Assembly (NCBI GenBank): GCA_018241185.1 | Contig: JAFEEH010000195.1 | Span: 19,308 to 83,307, forward strand | Direction of reading: 5' to 3' | From: Pseudomonadota bacterium | GTDB taxonomy: Bacteria > Pseudomonadota > Gammaproteobacteria > Burkholderiales > Burkholderiaceae_C | DNA length: 64,000 bases | The notes under the pieces: model-generated | Database searches by the model: none | Told to the model about the DNA's origin: nothing | The model's input: the letters and a program-made list of their open reading frames with translations, nothing else | Made by a program: the position numbers and the translations under genes | In this document: positions 27,669-37,083 of the stretch, piece by piece | Layout of the letters: each line of letters opens with the position of its first letter | How positions within the stretch are numbered: position 1 is the first letter of the stretch

Positions 27669-28645
27669 TCACGGATCTTCGCGAAGTCGACGATGCGCTG
27701 GTACTTGGCGGTCTCGGCCTCCAGGAAGCGCGGCATGTCCACCGCCTGGGGCGCGATCGTGGAGCCGTTGTCTTCCAGCTTCTTGCGCAGCTCGGGCGCC
27801 TTCAGGGCCTCGGCCAGGGCCGTGCGCAGGCGCGCGGCGATGGGCGCTGGCAGCTGGGGCGGCGCCATCAGCGCGAACCAGACGCCGATGTCGATGTCCT
27901 TCAAGGCCGCATGGTCGGCCAGCGGCGCGATGTCGGGGGCCGCGGCGGAGCGGCTCTTCTCGGTGATGCCCAGCGCCACGACCTTGCCGCTGCGGATCTG
28001 CGGCAGTCCGCTGGAGAGCACGAAAACGCCCAGGTCGAGCGTGCCGCCGACCAGGTCGGTGGTCAGTGGCCCCACCCCGCGGTAGGGGATGTGGGTCATG
28101 AACAGCCCGGCCTGCTGCTTGACCATCTCGCCCGCCAGGTGAAGTGCCGTGCCGACGCCCGAGCTGCCGTAGCTGTAGTGGCCGGGGCGCGCCTTGACCG
28201 CCTGCAGCAACTGGTCGACGCTGCGGATGCCGCTGGCGGCCGACGCCACCAGCACCATCGGCTGCGACCCGACCAACCCGATCGGCGTGAAGTCCCGCGG
28301 CGTGTACTTGACCGTGGGCGACACCAGCCGCGCGATCGCGATTTCATTGTTGGCGCCCAGCAGCAGCGTGTAGCCATCGGGCGTGGCGCGAACGACCTTC
28401 TGCGCGCCGATGGTGCCGCCCGCGCCGCCCAGGTTCTCGACGACCACGGGCACACCGAGCGTCTTGGCCAACTGGTCCGCAACCGCCCGGCCGGTCAGGT
28501 CGGTGCTTCCGCCGGGGGGATAGCCGACCACCAGGGTGATGGGTCGGCTGGGATAGGTGTCGGCCCGGGCCGGCGCAGCCGGCGCCAGCACGGCGGCGAA
28601 AAGGGCGGGCAGCATCAGCGCCCGAAGTCGGCGGATCGGTGGCAT
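27665..28645 (-). CDS. Bug/TctC substrate-binding protein
   Basis: VGYPPGGSTD, GAGGTIG, PDGYTLL, HIPYRG; start ATG 28645. Confidence 0.92.
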   Translation of the reverse strand: MPPIRRLRALMLPALFAAVLAPAAPARADTYPSRPITLVVGYPPGGSTDLTGRAVADQLAKTLGVPVVVENLGGAGGTIGAQKVVRATPDGYTLLLGANNEIAIARLVSPTVKYTPRDFTPIGLVGSQPMVLVASAASGIRSVDQLLQAVKARPGHYSYGSSGVGTALHLAGEMVKQQAGLFMTHIPYRGVGPLTTDLVGGTLDLGVFVLSSGLPQIRSGKVVALGITEKSRSAAAPDIAPLADHAALKDIDIGVWFALMAPPQLPAPIAARLRTALAEALKAPELRKKLEDNGSTIAPQAVDMPRFLEAETAKYQRIVDFAKIRE

Positions 28646-28701
28646 GGCGTCTCCTGTCTTGTGGGTAGGGCGTGATTCTTTCGCCGCCAACACCGCTGCT
28701 C

Positions 28702-28716
28702 GTGCCGAATCGGCAC
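28702..28716. promoter_or_regulatory. Candidate operator upstream of Bug-desuccinylase unit
   Basis: Perfect inverted repeat GTGCCGA-A-TCGGCAC. Confidence 0.4.
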
Positions 28717-28761
28717 ATTCCCGTGCCGTTCTCGCATCCCCCTGCATGCGGCATGGAGCGC

Positions 28762-29655
28762 CTAGACTGGCACCACGGCCTCCCAGAGCCGCTCGGCGAG
28801 CGGCGACAGCCGGCGCTTGTCGCGAACCATGCGCACCTCGAAGCCGATCTCCATGGCCTTGCCGCCCAGGGGCACGATCTTTTTCTGCTGGCACGCCCCG
28901 GCCGCCAGCGACCAGGGCAGCCAGGCCACGCCCAGCCCCTTCTGGACGTACTCCAGCAAGGCGTCGGCCGAATCGGCCTCGAGCGTCGGCCGCAGGCGGG
29001 GCGCCTGCGCATGGTTGGCCAGGTGGTCGGACACGAGGTGGCCCAGTGCGAGCGTGCCGGCATACGACAGGAACGGCACCGGCCGGCTGCCGTCCAGGCG
29101 AAAAAGAGGCTGGCCGCTGGCCTGCGCGCGAGACACCGGCACCAGCCGGTCGTGCGCCACCGTGTGCTGGAGGTGCTGCGCCGGCCGCAGGCGCAGGGCG
29201 ATCAGCGGATGGTGGTAGCTGAGCATGAAATCGATCTCGCGGTGCTCCAGCCGCTGCAGGGCATCGGCCATCGCGCCGGTGCGCACGTGGACCATCGCCT
29301 GCGCCGTCAATCCCCGCACCCGCCAGAGCCAGTCGGCGGCGATCGTGCGCGCCAGGGTGCGGCCGGTCCCCAGCGTGAAGACCGGCTGTCCGTGCTGTGT
29401 CCCGCCCCGGAGTTCGCGCTGCGCGGCGGACAGGCCGTCCACGGTCTGCCTGGCGTGGCGCAGGAGGATCTCTCCGGCAGCCGTCAGCGCCACCGGCGAG
29501 CCACCGCGCACCACCAGCGGCACGCCGGCCCACTGCTCCAGCTCGCGGATCCGGCGGCCAAAGGCCGGGTGCGTGACGTGCCGCGACTCGGCCGCACGCG
29601 TGAAGCTGCGCGTCTCCGCGAGCGCGACCAGATCCTCCAGCCATTTGACCTGCAT
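28762..29655 (-). CDS. LysR-family regulator (HypT/QseD-like KWLED subgroup)
   Basis: MQVKWLEDL..LAETRSFTRAAE.RHVTHPAFGRRI. Confidence 0.92.
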   Translation of the reverse strand: MQVKWLEDLVALAETRSFTRAAESRHVTHPAFGRRIRELEQWAGVPLVVRGGSPVALTAAGEILLRHARQTVDGLSAAQRELRGGTQHGQPVFTLGTGRTLARTIAADWLWRVRGLTAQAMVHVRTGAMADALQRLEHREIDFMLSYHHPLIALRLRPAQHLQHTVAHDRLVPVSRAQASGQPLFRLDGSRPVPFLSYAGTLALGHLVSDHLANHAQAPRLRPTLEADSADALLEYVQKGLGVAWLPWSLAAGACQQKKIVPLGGKAMEIGFEVRMVRDKRRLSPLAERLWEAVVPV

Positions 29656-29755
29656 CGTGGGGTTCCTTCCTGCGCCGGGCGCGGACGAATTTGAGGTGGC
29701 CGCCATCATCCCCTGGCCGGCGACGGGTGCGGATGCCGCACACGACAATCGCCCG

Positions 29756-30805
29756 ATGCCTCACGGACCCTCCCGCCGGCTCCAGGCGGTCGATGCCGGC
29801 ATCGCGCCGCCCAGCCCGGAGCAGCAAGCCTTCGACACTCTCCATCACCGCATCGACACGCAGCGCGCGCTGCTGGCCGACTGGCAGGCCGCGATCGACG
29901 CCTACGAGCAGCGCCATGCCCAGGACGTGCTGCCCCTGCTGCGACAGTACCGCCGCCTGCACGTCGACCTGCTCGAACGGCTGGACCAGGCGGCCTCCGG
30001 CGGCCTGCGCCTGGGCCGCACGGACGCACAGGCGCTGCATGAACTGATCGTCGACATCGCGGACAGCCTGCTGCTGGGCGAGGACGACGCGGCGCAGCGC
30101 GACGCCATCGACCGCCTGCGCGCCCGCTATGTGGACGAGCCCGACGACGCCGAACCGCCCGCGGCCACCGACGATCCGGAGGCGCTGCTGCGGCGCCTGG
30201 AGGCGGAGCACGACGCCGCCGAAGCCGCCCGCGCCGCGCAGCGCGCCGCCCACCGGCGCGAGGCCGCGGCCCGCAAGAAGCAGCGGGAGCCCGAAGCCGT
30301 CGAGGCCAACCAGTCGCTGCGCGCCGTGTACCGCCAGCTGGTGAGCGCATTGCACCCCGATCGCGAGCCCGATCCCGCGGAGCGCCAGCGCAAGACGGTG
30401 CTGATGCAGCACGTCAACGAGGCCTATGCGGCGCAGCGCCTCGCCGACCTGCTGCAGCTGCAGCAATCCATCGCCGACGCCGACACGCGCCGCGCCGCGC
30501 AGGCCGGCCAATTGCCCGCCGAGCGGCTGGCCGCGTACAACCGCCTGCTGGCCGACCAGCTCAGCGCCCTGCAGCGCGAGGTGCGCGAGCTGGAGGCCGA
30601 CTTCAAGGCCCGCCACCACCTGAACCCGCACGGGCGCCTCAAGCCCGGCACGCTGGGCGAGCACCTGCGCATCGAGCAGGCCAAGCTCACCAACGGCATC
30701 CGCGAAATGCAGCGCGAGGCGCGCCTGCTGGACGACGCGGACACCCTCAAGCAGTGGGTGAAGGCGCAGCGGCGCATGGCGCGACAGGCCGGCGACGACG
30801 ACTGA
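29756..30805 (+). CDS. Coiled-coil protein with internal J-domain
   Basis: LRAVYRQLVSALHPDRE...MQHVNEAY (J-domain helices II-III with HPD). Confidence 0.8.
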   Translation: MPHGPSRRLQAVDAGIAPPSPEQQAFDTLHHRIDTQRALLADWQAAIDAYEQRHAQDVLPLLRQYRRLHVDLLERLDQAASGGLRLGRTDAQALHELIVDIADSLLLGEDDAAQRDAIDRLRARYVDEPDDAEPPAATDDPEALLRRLEAEHDAAEAARAAQRAAHRREAAARKKQREPEAVEANQSLRAVYRQLVSALHPDREPDPAERQRKTVLMQHVNEAYAAQRLADLLQLQQSIADADTRRAAQAGQLPAERLAAYNRLLADQLSALQREVRELEADFKARHHLNPHGRLKPGTLGEHLRIEQAKLTNGIREMQREARLLDDADTLKQWVKAQRRMARQAGDDD

Positions 30806-30831
30806 ATTTTTTGACTAGGTGCCCGACGACC

Positions 30832-31326
30832 ATGCGCATAGCCTCGACCCAACTCACAGAAGCCACACTGCTGGGCCAATATGCGGAGCCGGATGGGTGG
30901 GCAAGAGACGAATACCAGCTCGGAACACGACTGGTATGGCTCTACCGAAAGGCAGATGAAAGTGCGGAACACGCGCGCGCGGGTGCAGCGGCCCTGTTCT
31001 CGGCCGCCTGGGCCGACGTTGCTGCCGTCGTTGATCTGGCCGCGCAGGCGTCGCGCGCACTGCTTCCCGATCTGTGGCTGCAATATGACCAGACAACGCG
31101 CGGTGGTACGCGACTGGCCGTTTGGGGCATCACCTTGAAGCCATTCGAGGGGCTTGTGTCCTACGAGGTCGGCGAGAACTTGGACTTCGACGCCGAAGTA
31201 CCGACTTTCCACTTGCTAGACGTGTTCGAAGAAGCTCCCTTGAAAGTTGAAGCGCTTCCTCGGGAACACCGCATCCATGTCCAACGCTCGCCAGACGGTA
31301 GCCTGCGCATCGCTGCGGCCCGCTGA
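30832..31326 (+). CDS. Hypothetical protein, 164 aa, low GC
   Basis: Fills the gap between two real genes on the same strand; non-shadow amino acid composition. Confidence 0.65.
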   Translation: MRIASTQLTEATLLGQYAEPDGWARDEYQLGTRLVWLYRKADESAEHARAGAAALFSAAWADVAAVVDLAAQASRALLPDLWLQYDQTTRGGTRLAVWGITLKPFEGLVSYEVGENLDFDAEVPTFHLLDVFEEAPLKVEALPREHRIHVQRSPDGSLRIAAAR

Positions 31327-31401
31327 CGACGAACTGCCGCGCGCGTCGGCGACAATCGCCCCCTTCACCGCCCCCTGCCCGATCACCACGGGCCGCGCGC
31401 C

Positions 31402-33114
31402 ATGATCCGCATTTCAGAACTCAAGCTCCCGCTCGACCACGCGCCCGACGCGCTGCCCGCCCTCATCGCCCAGACCCTGGGCGTGGCGCCGGCCGAGATC
31501 GCCGACCACACCGTCCACAAGCGCAGCTTCGATGCCCGCAAGGCCGAGCTGCGCACGGTCTACATCGTCGATGTCGCGCTCGCTGGCAACGATGCGCCGG
31601 CACGCGAAGCCGCGCTGCTGGCGCAGCACGCGAAGAACCCGCACATCCAGCCCGCGCCCGACATGGCCTGGCGCCCGCCCGTGCAGGCGGCCGAAGGCGC
31701 GCCGCGCCCGGTGGTGGTGGGCTTCGGCCCCTGCGGCCTCTTCGTCGCGCTGCTGCTGGCGCAGATGGGCTTCCGGCCCATCGTGCTGGAGCGCGGCAAG
31801 GCGGTGCGCGAACGCACGCAGGACACCTGGGACCTGTGGCGGCGCAAGGAGCTGCACCCCGAATCGAACGTGCAGTTCGGCGAAGGCGGCGCCGGCACCT
31901 TCTCGGATGGCAAGCTCTACAGCCAGATCAAGGACCCGCGCTTCCTCGCGCGCAAGGTGCTGCACGAGTTCGTGAAGGCCGGCGCGCCGGAGGAGATCCT
32001 GTGGGAAGCGCACCCGCACATCGGCACCTTCCGGCTGGTGAAGATGGTCGAGACCATGCGCGCCGAGATCCTCGCGCTGGGCGGCGAGATCCGCTTCCAG
32101 CACAAAGTGACCGACATCCAGGTGGAAGGCGGCCGCATCCGCGGCCTCACCGTACTCGACCAGGCGAACGGCCAGGTGCACGAACTGCGCAGCGAGCACG
32201 TGGTCATGGCGCTGGGCCACAGCGCGCGCGACTCCTTCGCCATGCTCTGGCGCCGCGGCGCGCCCATCGAGGCCAAGCCTTTCTCGATCGGCTTCCGGGC
32301 CGAGCACCCGCAGGGCCTGATCGACCGCGCACGCTGGGGCCGCCATGCAGGCCACCCCGCGCTGGGCGCGGCCGAGTACCGGCTGGTGCACCACGCGAGC
32401 AACGGGCGCTCGGTCTACAGCTTCTGCATGTGCCCCGGCGGCACGGTGGTGGCCGCCACCAGCGAGCCGAACCGCGTCGTGACCAACGGCATGAGCCAGT
32501 ACTCGCGCGCCGAGCGCAACGCGAACGCGGGCATCGTGGTCGGCATCACGCCCGACGACTACCCGACCGACTACCAGCACCTCGACCTGCCACCCGAGCT
32601 GCTCGAGCAAGCCCAAGGCAAGCCGCACCCGCTGGCCGGCATCGAGCTGCAGCGGCGGCTCGAGTCGAATGCCTTCGTGCTCGGCGGCAGCGACTACTGC
32701 GCACCGGGCCAGCTGGTGGGCGACTTCGTCGCCGGCCGGCCGTCGACGGAGTTCGGCGAGGTGCAGCCCAGCTACAAGCCCGGCGTGCGCCTCGGTGACC
32801 TGCACGCGGCCCTGCCCGCGTACGCGATCGCGGCCATGCGTGAGGCCTTCCCGACCTTCGGCAAGAAGATCCCCGGCTTCGACCGGCACGACGCCGTGCT
32901 GACCGGCGTGGAGACCCGCACCTCCTCGCCCATCCGCATCGCCCGAGACGACTACACGCTGCAGTGCCCCGGCATCGCCGGCCTGTACCCGGCCGGCGAA
33001 GGCGCGGGCTACGCGGGCGGCATCCTGTCGGCGGGGGTCGACGGCATCAAGGTGGCGGAGGCGGTGGCGCGGGCGATCGCCGCGGCCGACGAAGCGCAGC
33101 GGGTGCCGGCATGA
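31402..33114 (+). CDS. FAD/NAD(P)-dependent oxidoreductase (COG2509-like)
   Basis: VVVGFGPCG, FGEGGAGTFSDGK, FCMCPGG, GVETRTSSP, GEGAGYAGGILSAGVDG. Confidence 0.9.
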   Translation: MIRISELKLPLDHAPDALPALIAQTLGVAPAEIADHTVHKRSFDARKAELRTVYIVDVALAGNDAPAREAALLAQHAKNPHIQPAPDMAWRPPVQAAEGAPRPVVVGFGPCGLFVALLLAQMGFRPIVLERGKAVRERTQDTWDLWRRKELHPESNVQFGEGGAGTFSDGKLYSQIKDPRFLARKVLHEFVKAGAPEEILWEAHPHIGTFRLVKMVETMRAEILALGGEIRFQHKVTDIQVEGGRIRGLTVLDQANGQVHELRSEHVVMALGHSARDSFAMLWRRGAPIEAKPFSIGFRAEHPQGLIDRARWGRHAGHPALGAAEYRLVHHASNGRSVYSFCMCPGGTVVAATSEPNRVVTNGMSQYSRAERNANAGIVVGITPDDYPTDYQHLDLPPELLEQAQGKPHPLAGIELQRRLESNAFVLGGSDYCAPGQLVGDFVAGRPSTEFGEVQPSYKPGVRLGDLHAALPAYAIAAMREAFPTFGKKIPGFDRHDAVLTGVETRTSSPIRIARDDYTLQCPGIAGLYPAGEGAGYAGGILSAGVDGIKVAEAVARAIAAADEAQRVPA

Positions 33115-33653
33115 CACGGGCACGCGGCTTCCTGCTGGCCGTGGCGGCGATGGCTGCGGTGGTGCTGGCCTCCAACGTCCTGGTCCAGTACGCGATCAAC
33201 GACTGGCTCACCTGGGGCGCCTTCACCTACCCGGTGGCCTTTCTCGTGAGCGAGCTGGTCAACCGCCGCTTCGGCCCACGCCTCGCGCGGCGCGTGGCGT
33301 GGGTGGGTTTCGCGGTGGCGGTGCCGGCGTCGCTGTGGCTGGCGCCGGTGCGCATCGCGCTCGCGTCGGGCACGGCCTTCATCGCCTCGCAGTTGCTGGA
33401 CATCGGCGTGTTCGACCGACTGCGCCGCGGCACCTGGTGGCGGGCGCCGCTGGTGGCGACCGTGGCGGCGGCGCTGCTCGACAGCGCGGTGTTCTGGGGC
33501 ATCGGCTTCGCCGGCACGGGCGGGCCGTGGCTGACCTGGGCGCTGGGCGACCTGGCCGTGAAGCTCGCGGTGGGCGTGTGCATGCTGCTGCCCTTCCGCC
33601 TGCTGATCGCGCGCAGCCTGGCATCGCGCAACGACGGAGCGCTGCAACCATGA
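33111..33653 (+). CDS. VUT-family (YhhQ-like) queuosine-precursor transporter
   Basis: ASNVLV, LTWGAFTYP..F...E, RIALAS..AF..SQLLD, DS.VF. Confidence 0.85.
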   Translation: MTRARGFLLAVAAMAAVVLASNVLVQYAINDWLTWGAFTYPVAFLVSELVNRRFGPRLARRVAWVGFAVAVPASLWLAPVRIALASGTAFIASQLLDIGVFDRLRRGTWWRAPLVATVAAALLDSAVFWGIGFAGTGGPWLTWALGDLAVKLAVGVCMLLPFRLLIARSLASRNDGALQP

Positions 33654-34273
33654 TCGACACCGACATCCACTTCTACGAACCGGCGAAGGGCCACGGCCTG
33701 CCGCACGACCCGTTCAACGCGATGGTGGGGCCACGGCCGATCGGCTGGATCTCGTCGCATGACGGCGCGGGCCGGCTCAACCTCGCGCCCTACAGCTTCT
33801 TCAACGCCTTCAATTACGTGCCGCCGATCGTCGGCTTCGCGAGCATCGGCGCCAAGGACACGCTGCGCAACATCGAGGCCACAGGCGAATTCGGCTGGAA
33901 CCTGGCGACGCGCGCGCTGGCCGAGCCGATGAATGCCAGCTGCGCCGCCGTGCCGCCCGAGGTGGACGAATTCGCGCTCGCGGGCCTCACGCCCGTGCCG
34001 TCGCGCCACATCGCCGTGCCGCGTGTGGCCGAGAGCCCCGTGTCCTTCGAGTGCAAGCTCACGCAGGTGCTGCGCCTGCAGGGTGCGGACGGCACGCCCG
34101 TCGATACCTGGCTGGTGCTGGGCGAAGTCGTCGGCGTGCACATCGCGCGCCGGCTGCTCAAGGACGGCATCTACGACACCGCCGCCGCCGAGCCCATCCT
34201 GCGCGCCGGCGGCCCGGCCGACTATTTCACGATCACGCCGGAAGCCCGCTTTCGCATGTACCGGCCGCGCTGA
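33650..34273 (+). CDS. Flavin reductase-like FMN-binding protein
   Basis: GPRPIGWIS, NLAPYSFFN, KDTLRNI..TGEF, DEF..AGL. Confidence 0.9.
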   Translation: MIDTDIHFYEPAKGHGLPHDPFNAMVGPRPIGWISSHDGAGRLNLAPYSFFNAFNYVPPIVGFASIGAKDTLRNIEATGEFGWNLATRALAEPMNASCAAVPPEVDEFALAGLTPVPSRHIAVPRVAESPVSFECKLTQVLRLQGADGTPVDTWLVLGEVVGVHIARRLLKDGIYDTAAAEPILRAGGPADYFTITPEARFRMYRPR

Positions 34274-34315
34274 CGCTGCAGCGCGCCGACCCTTTCATCC
34301 CGCAGATCGACCGAC

Positions 34316-35173
34316 ATGACCGACCACGACGTGACCCCCGAAGCCCGCCCCGAGATGGCGGCACCGCCTGCCACGCCCGCCGCGGCCGACGCCCCCGCAT
34401 CCACCCGCGGCGACCGCCCGATCCAGCCTGAGGCCGGTGCCGACACGGGCACCGACGGCCCCTCGCGCAAGCGCCGCCGCGGTGGCCGCAACCGCGGCCG
34501 CACCGAGGCGCGCGACGCTGCCGCGCCGGGCGCCGTGCGCGCGCCGGCACCGGCTGCGACGGCCCCACGCCGCGAGCGCCAGGTGCACCCGCTGCTGGAA
34601 AAGCTGGCCACGCTCTACCCGCACCTGTTCGGCGCGCGCTTCCTGCCTCTGCAGCGCGGCATCTACGAGGCGCTGCTCGAACGGCATCCGGAAGAGCTGC
34701 CGAAGGAAGAGCTCAAGATCGCGATGGGCCTGCACGCCCGCTCGGGCCGCTACCTCGAAGCGATCGCGGCGCGCCACCCGCGCCACAACCTCGAGGGCGA
34801 GGTGGTCGAGCCGGTGGCGCCGGAGCATGTGCACCACGCCATCGTGGAGCTGTTCCGCCGCCGCCAGTCGCGCACGCAGGACGACCTGCGCCCGCAGCTG
34901 ATCGCCCGCCTGGTCGACGCCATCGACGCCTCGGGCCTGGAGCGCGAGGCCTACACCGAGCAGGTGCGGGTGTCGCAGCCGCAGGCGCTGGCGCTGCTGG
35001 ACGAGGCCTTCGCCGAGCGCGGGCGCCGCGCCGCCAAGCGCGAGGCGCTGCTGCGGGCCTTCGAGGCCAGTGGCCAGCCCACGGTGGAGGCCTTTGCCGA
35101 GATGTACGGCATGAACCCGGGCGAGACCCAGCGGCTGCTGGCCCAGGCGAAGAAGGCCCGGACGCCGGCCTGA
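34316..35173 (+). CDS. ProQ/FinO-domain RNA chaperone
   Basis: LYPHLFG..FLPLQRGI..L, ELK.AM..HARS.RYL, RHNLEG; basic disordered N-terminus RKRRRGGRNR. Confidence 0.85.
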   Translation: MTDHDVTPEARPEMAAPPATPAAADAPASTRGDRPIQPEAGADTGTDGPSRKRRRGGRNRGRTEARDAAAPGAVRAPAPAATAPRRERQVHPLLEKLATLYPHLFGARFLPLQRGIYEALLERHPEELPKEELKIAMGLHARSGRYLEAIAARHPRHNLEGEVVEPVAPEHVHHAIVELFRRRQSRTQDDLRPQLIARLVDAIDASGLEREAYTEQVRVSQPQALALLDEAFAERGRRAAKREALLRAFEASGQPTVEAFAEMYGMNPGETQRLLAQAKKARTPA

Positions 35174-35287
35174 ACGGCGCGGGAAATACTCAGATTCGTC
35201 TTAGCATTTTCTTAAGAAAAATCGGGACCTGGCGCCCGTCCGACGGGCGTCAGTCACTATGAAATTCATAGTAAACCGACCTATAAA

Positions 35288-35314
35288 AAAAGCCCGCAAA
35301 AGCGGGCTTTTCTT
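35288..35314. terminator. Bidirectional intrinsic terminator
   Basis: A7-GCCCGC-AAAA-GCGGGC-TTTTCTT between convergent proQ-like and htpX genes. Confidence 0.85.
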
Positions 35315-35352
35315 CGAGGCGGACGCCGAGGGTGCAGCCGCCGAACGCGCCC

Positions 35353-36231
35353 TCAGCGCTGGGCGTTCTGAAGCGCGGCGATACGCTCCTCGATCGGCGG
35401 GTGCGTGGCGAACAGCTTGCCCATGGCGCCCGTGATGCCCATGGCTTCCACGGCCTTGGGCAGCTCGCCGGCGGGCAGGCCGCCCAGGCGGGCCAGTGCG
35501 TTGATCATCGGCTGCTTGCGGCCCATGAGCTGTGCGGCACCGGCATCGGCACGGAACTCGCGCTGGCGCGAGAACCAGGCCACCACGATGGCGGCGGCGA
35601 AGCCCAGCACGATGTCCAGCACGATGGTGGTGACCATGTAGCCGATGCCGGGGCCGCTGTTCTCGCGGTCGTCGCCGCGGCGCAGGAAGGAGTCGACCGC
35701 GTAGCCGATCACGCGCGACAGGAACACGACGAAGGTGTTCATCACGCCCTGGATCAGGGTCATGGTCACCATGTCGCCGTTGGCCACGTGCGCGACCTCG
35801 TGGCCGATGACGGCCTCGACCTCGTCGCGCGTCATGTTCTGCAGCAGGCCGGTGGACACGGCCACCAGCGACGAGTTCTTGAACGCACCGGTGGCGAAGG
35901 CGTTGGGCTCGCCTTCGAAGATGCCGACCTCGGGCATGCCGATGCCGGACTGGTCGGCGAACTTGCGCACCGTCTGCACGATCCACGCCTCGTCGGGCGA
36001 CTGCGGCTCGTTGATGATGCGCACGCCCGCGCTCATCTTGGCCATCGGCTTGGAGATGAGCAGCGAGATGATGGCGCCGCCGAAGCCCATCACCAGCGCG
36101 AAGCCCAGCAGCGCGCCAAGGTTGAGCCCGTTGGCCGTGAGGTAGCGGTTCACGCCGAGCAGGCTGGCGACCACGCCCAGCACGGCGACCACCAGCACGT
36201 TGGTCAGGACGAACAGAAAAATGCGCTTCAA
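35353..36231 (-). CDS. htpX: Protease HtpX
   Basis: [46 protein letters not shown]; TTG start with GGAG RBS. Confidence 0.95.
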   Translation of the reverse strand: MKRIFLFVLTNVLVVAVLGVVASLLGVNRYLTANGLNLGALLGFALVMGFGGAIISLLISKPMAKMSAGVRIINEPQSPDEAWIVQTVRKFADQSGIGMPEVGIFEGEPNAFATGAFKNSSLVAVSTGLLQNMTRDEVEAVIGHEVAHVANGDMVTMTLIQGVMNTFVVFLSRVIGYAVDSFLRRGDDRENSGPGIGYMVTTIVLDIVLGFAAAIVVAWFSRQREFRADAGAAQLMGRKQPMINALARLGGLPAGELPKAVEAMGITGAMGKLFATHPPIEERIAALQNAQR

Positions 36232-36287
36232 GTTGATTTCTCCGTGGGAGGAAGAACGCCGCACATTTGGGGGCCAGGCGGCCCGCT

Positions 36288-37067
36288 TCAAGCCGTGCGG
36301 CGTGTCCGGGCGTCGCTGTCGTTGCTGGTTATGGCCGCCCGCCGGGGTCTGAAAACCCCGCGGTCATCATAAAAGGAAGGTTCGCAATTCCCCGCCTGCC
36401 AACCGGGAATGCCGAAGACCGGCAGCGGGGTGAAGGGTTTGCCGGACAGGTGCGTGGCGGCCAGCGCCTCTTCGATCGCCGCATCGTCGGCCGCGATGGA
36501 CGGCCGGGCGCCGGGCCCGCACAGCACGTGCGCGGTGGCCGCCTTGTGGCCGGCCAGGATCTTCTCCATCAGCGCGTGGCCGAAGACATGCAGCCGCGCC
36601 TGCGTCCACAGCGCGCGCTGCTGGACGAAGAGCCGCCGCCAGTCGCGCGCCAGCAACGCGTCCCACAGGGCCGGCGGCGCGTCGAGCACGGCGCCGTTCT
36701 CGTCGAACAGGGTCAGCGCATCGCGCAGCGGGCCGCGCGTGCCGCCGATGCCCAGGCGCGCGATCTCGGCCGCCTGCAGGCGGTTGAGCCGGCGCTTGGC
36801 CCGCGGAAAGGCCAGCCACACCAGCCCGTTGAAGAAGTCGTGGGCGTTGTCACGCGTGGGCACGCAGTCGGTGCGGAAGATGAAGGCTTCGTAGGCCTCG
36901 CCCGCGGGCAGTTCGGCCTGCGGCACGAAGCGCGGCCCGTCCGCGGGCGCCAGCCCATCCAGCGCCTGCGCCACCGACGTGCACCGCGCCGCCTCCCACG
37001 CCGGCGCCCCGACGACGGCCCAGGGTGCGAGGCCCGGCAGCGTCCAGTCGACAAGCGGCAGGCTCAC
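36288..37067 (-). CDS. DUF3025-family protein
   Basis: RFVPQ..L...[43 protein letters not shown]; GTG start assumed. Confidence 0.8.
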   Translation of the reverse strand: MSLPLVDWTLPGLAPWAVVGAPAWEAARCTSVAQALDGLAPADGPRFVPQAELPAGEAYEAFIFRTDCVPTRDNAHDFFNGLVWLAFPRAKRRLNRLQAAEIARLGIGGTRGPLRDALTLFDENGAVLDAPPALWDALLARDWRRLFVQQRALWTQARLHVFGHALMEKILAGHKAATAHVLCGPGARPSIAADDAAIEEALAATHLSGKPFTPLPVFGIPGWQAGNCEPSFYDDRGVFRPRRAAITSNDSDARTRRTA

Positions 37068-37083
37068 CGCAGGCGAGCCGTGT

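Noticed and set aside
27665-30664. Apparent 999-aa Bug fusion protein
   Set aside because: Only the last 326 aa are Bug. The rest is an open shadow frame over the J-protein and LysR genes, and a proper signal peptide starts at ATG 28645.
33050-33111. preQ1 riboswitch before the VUT gene
   Set aside because: The gene overlaps the upstream CDS, so there is no leader, and no preQ1 motif was seen.
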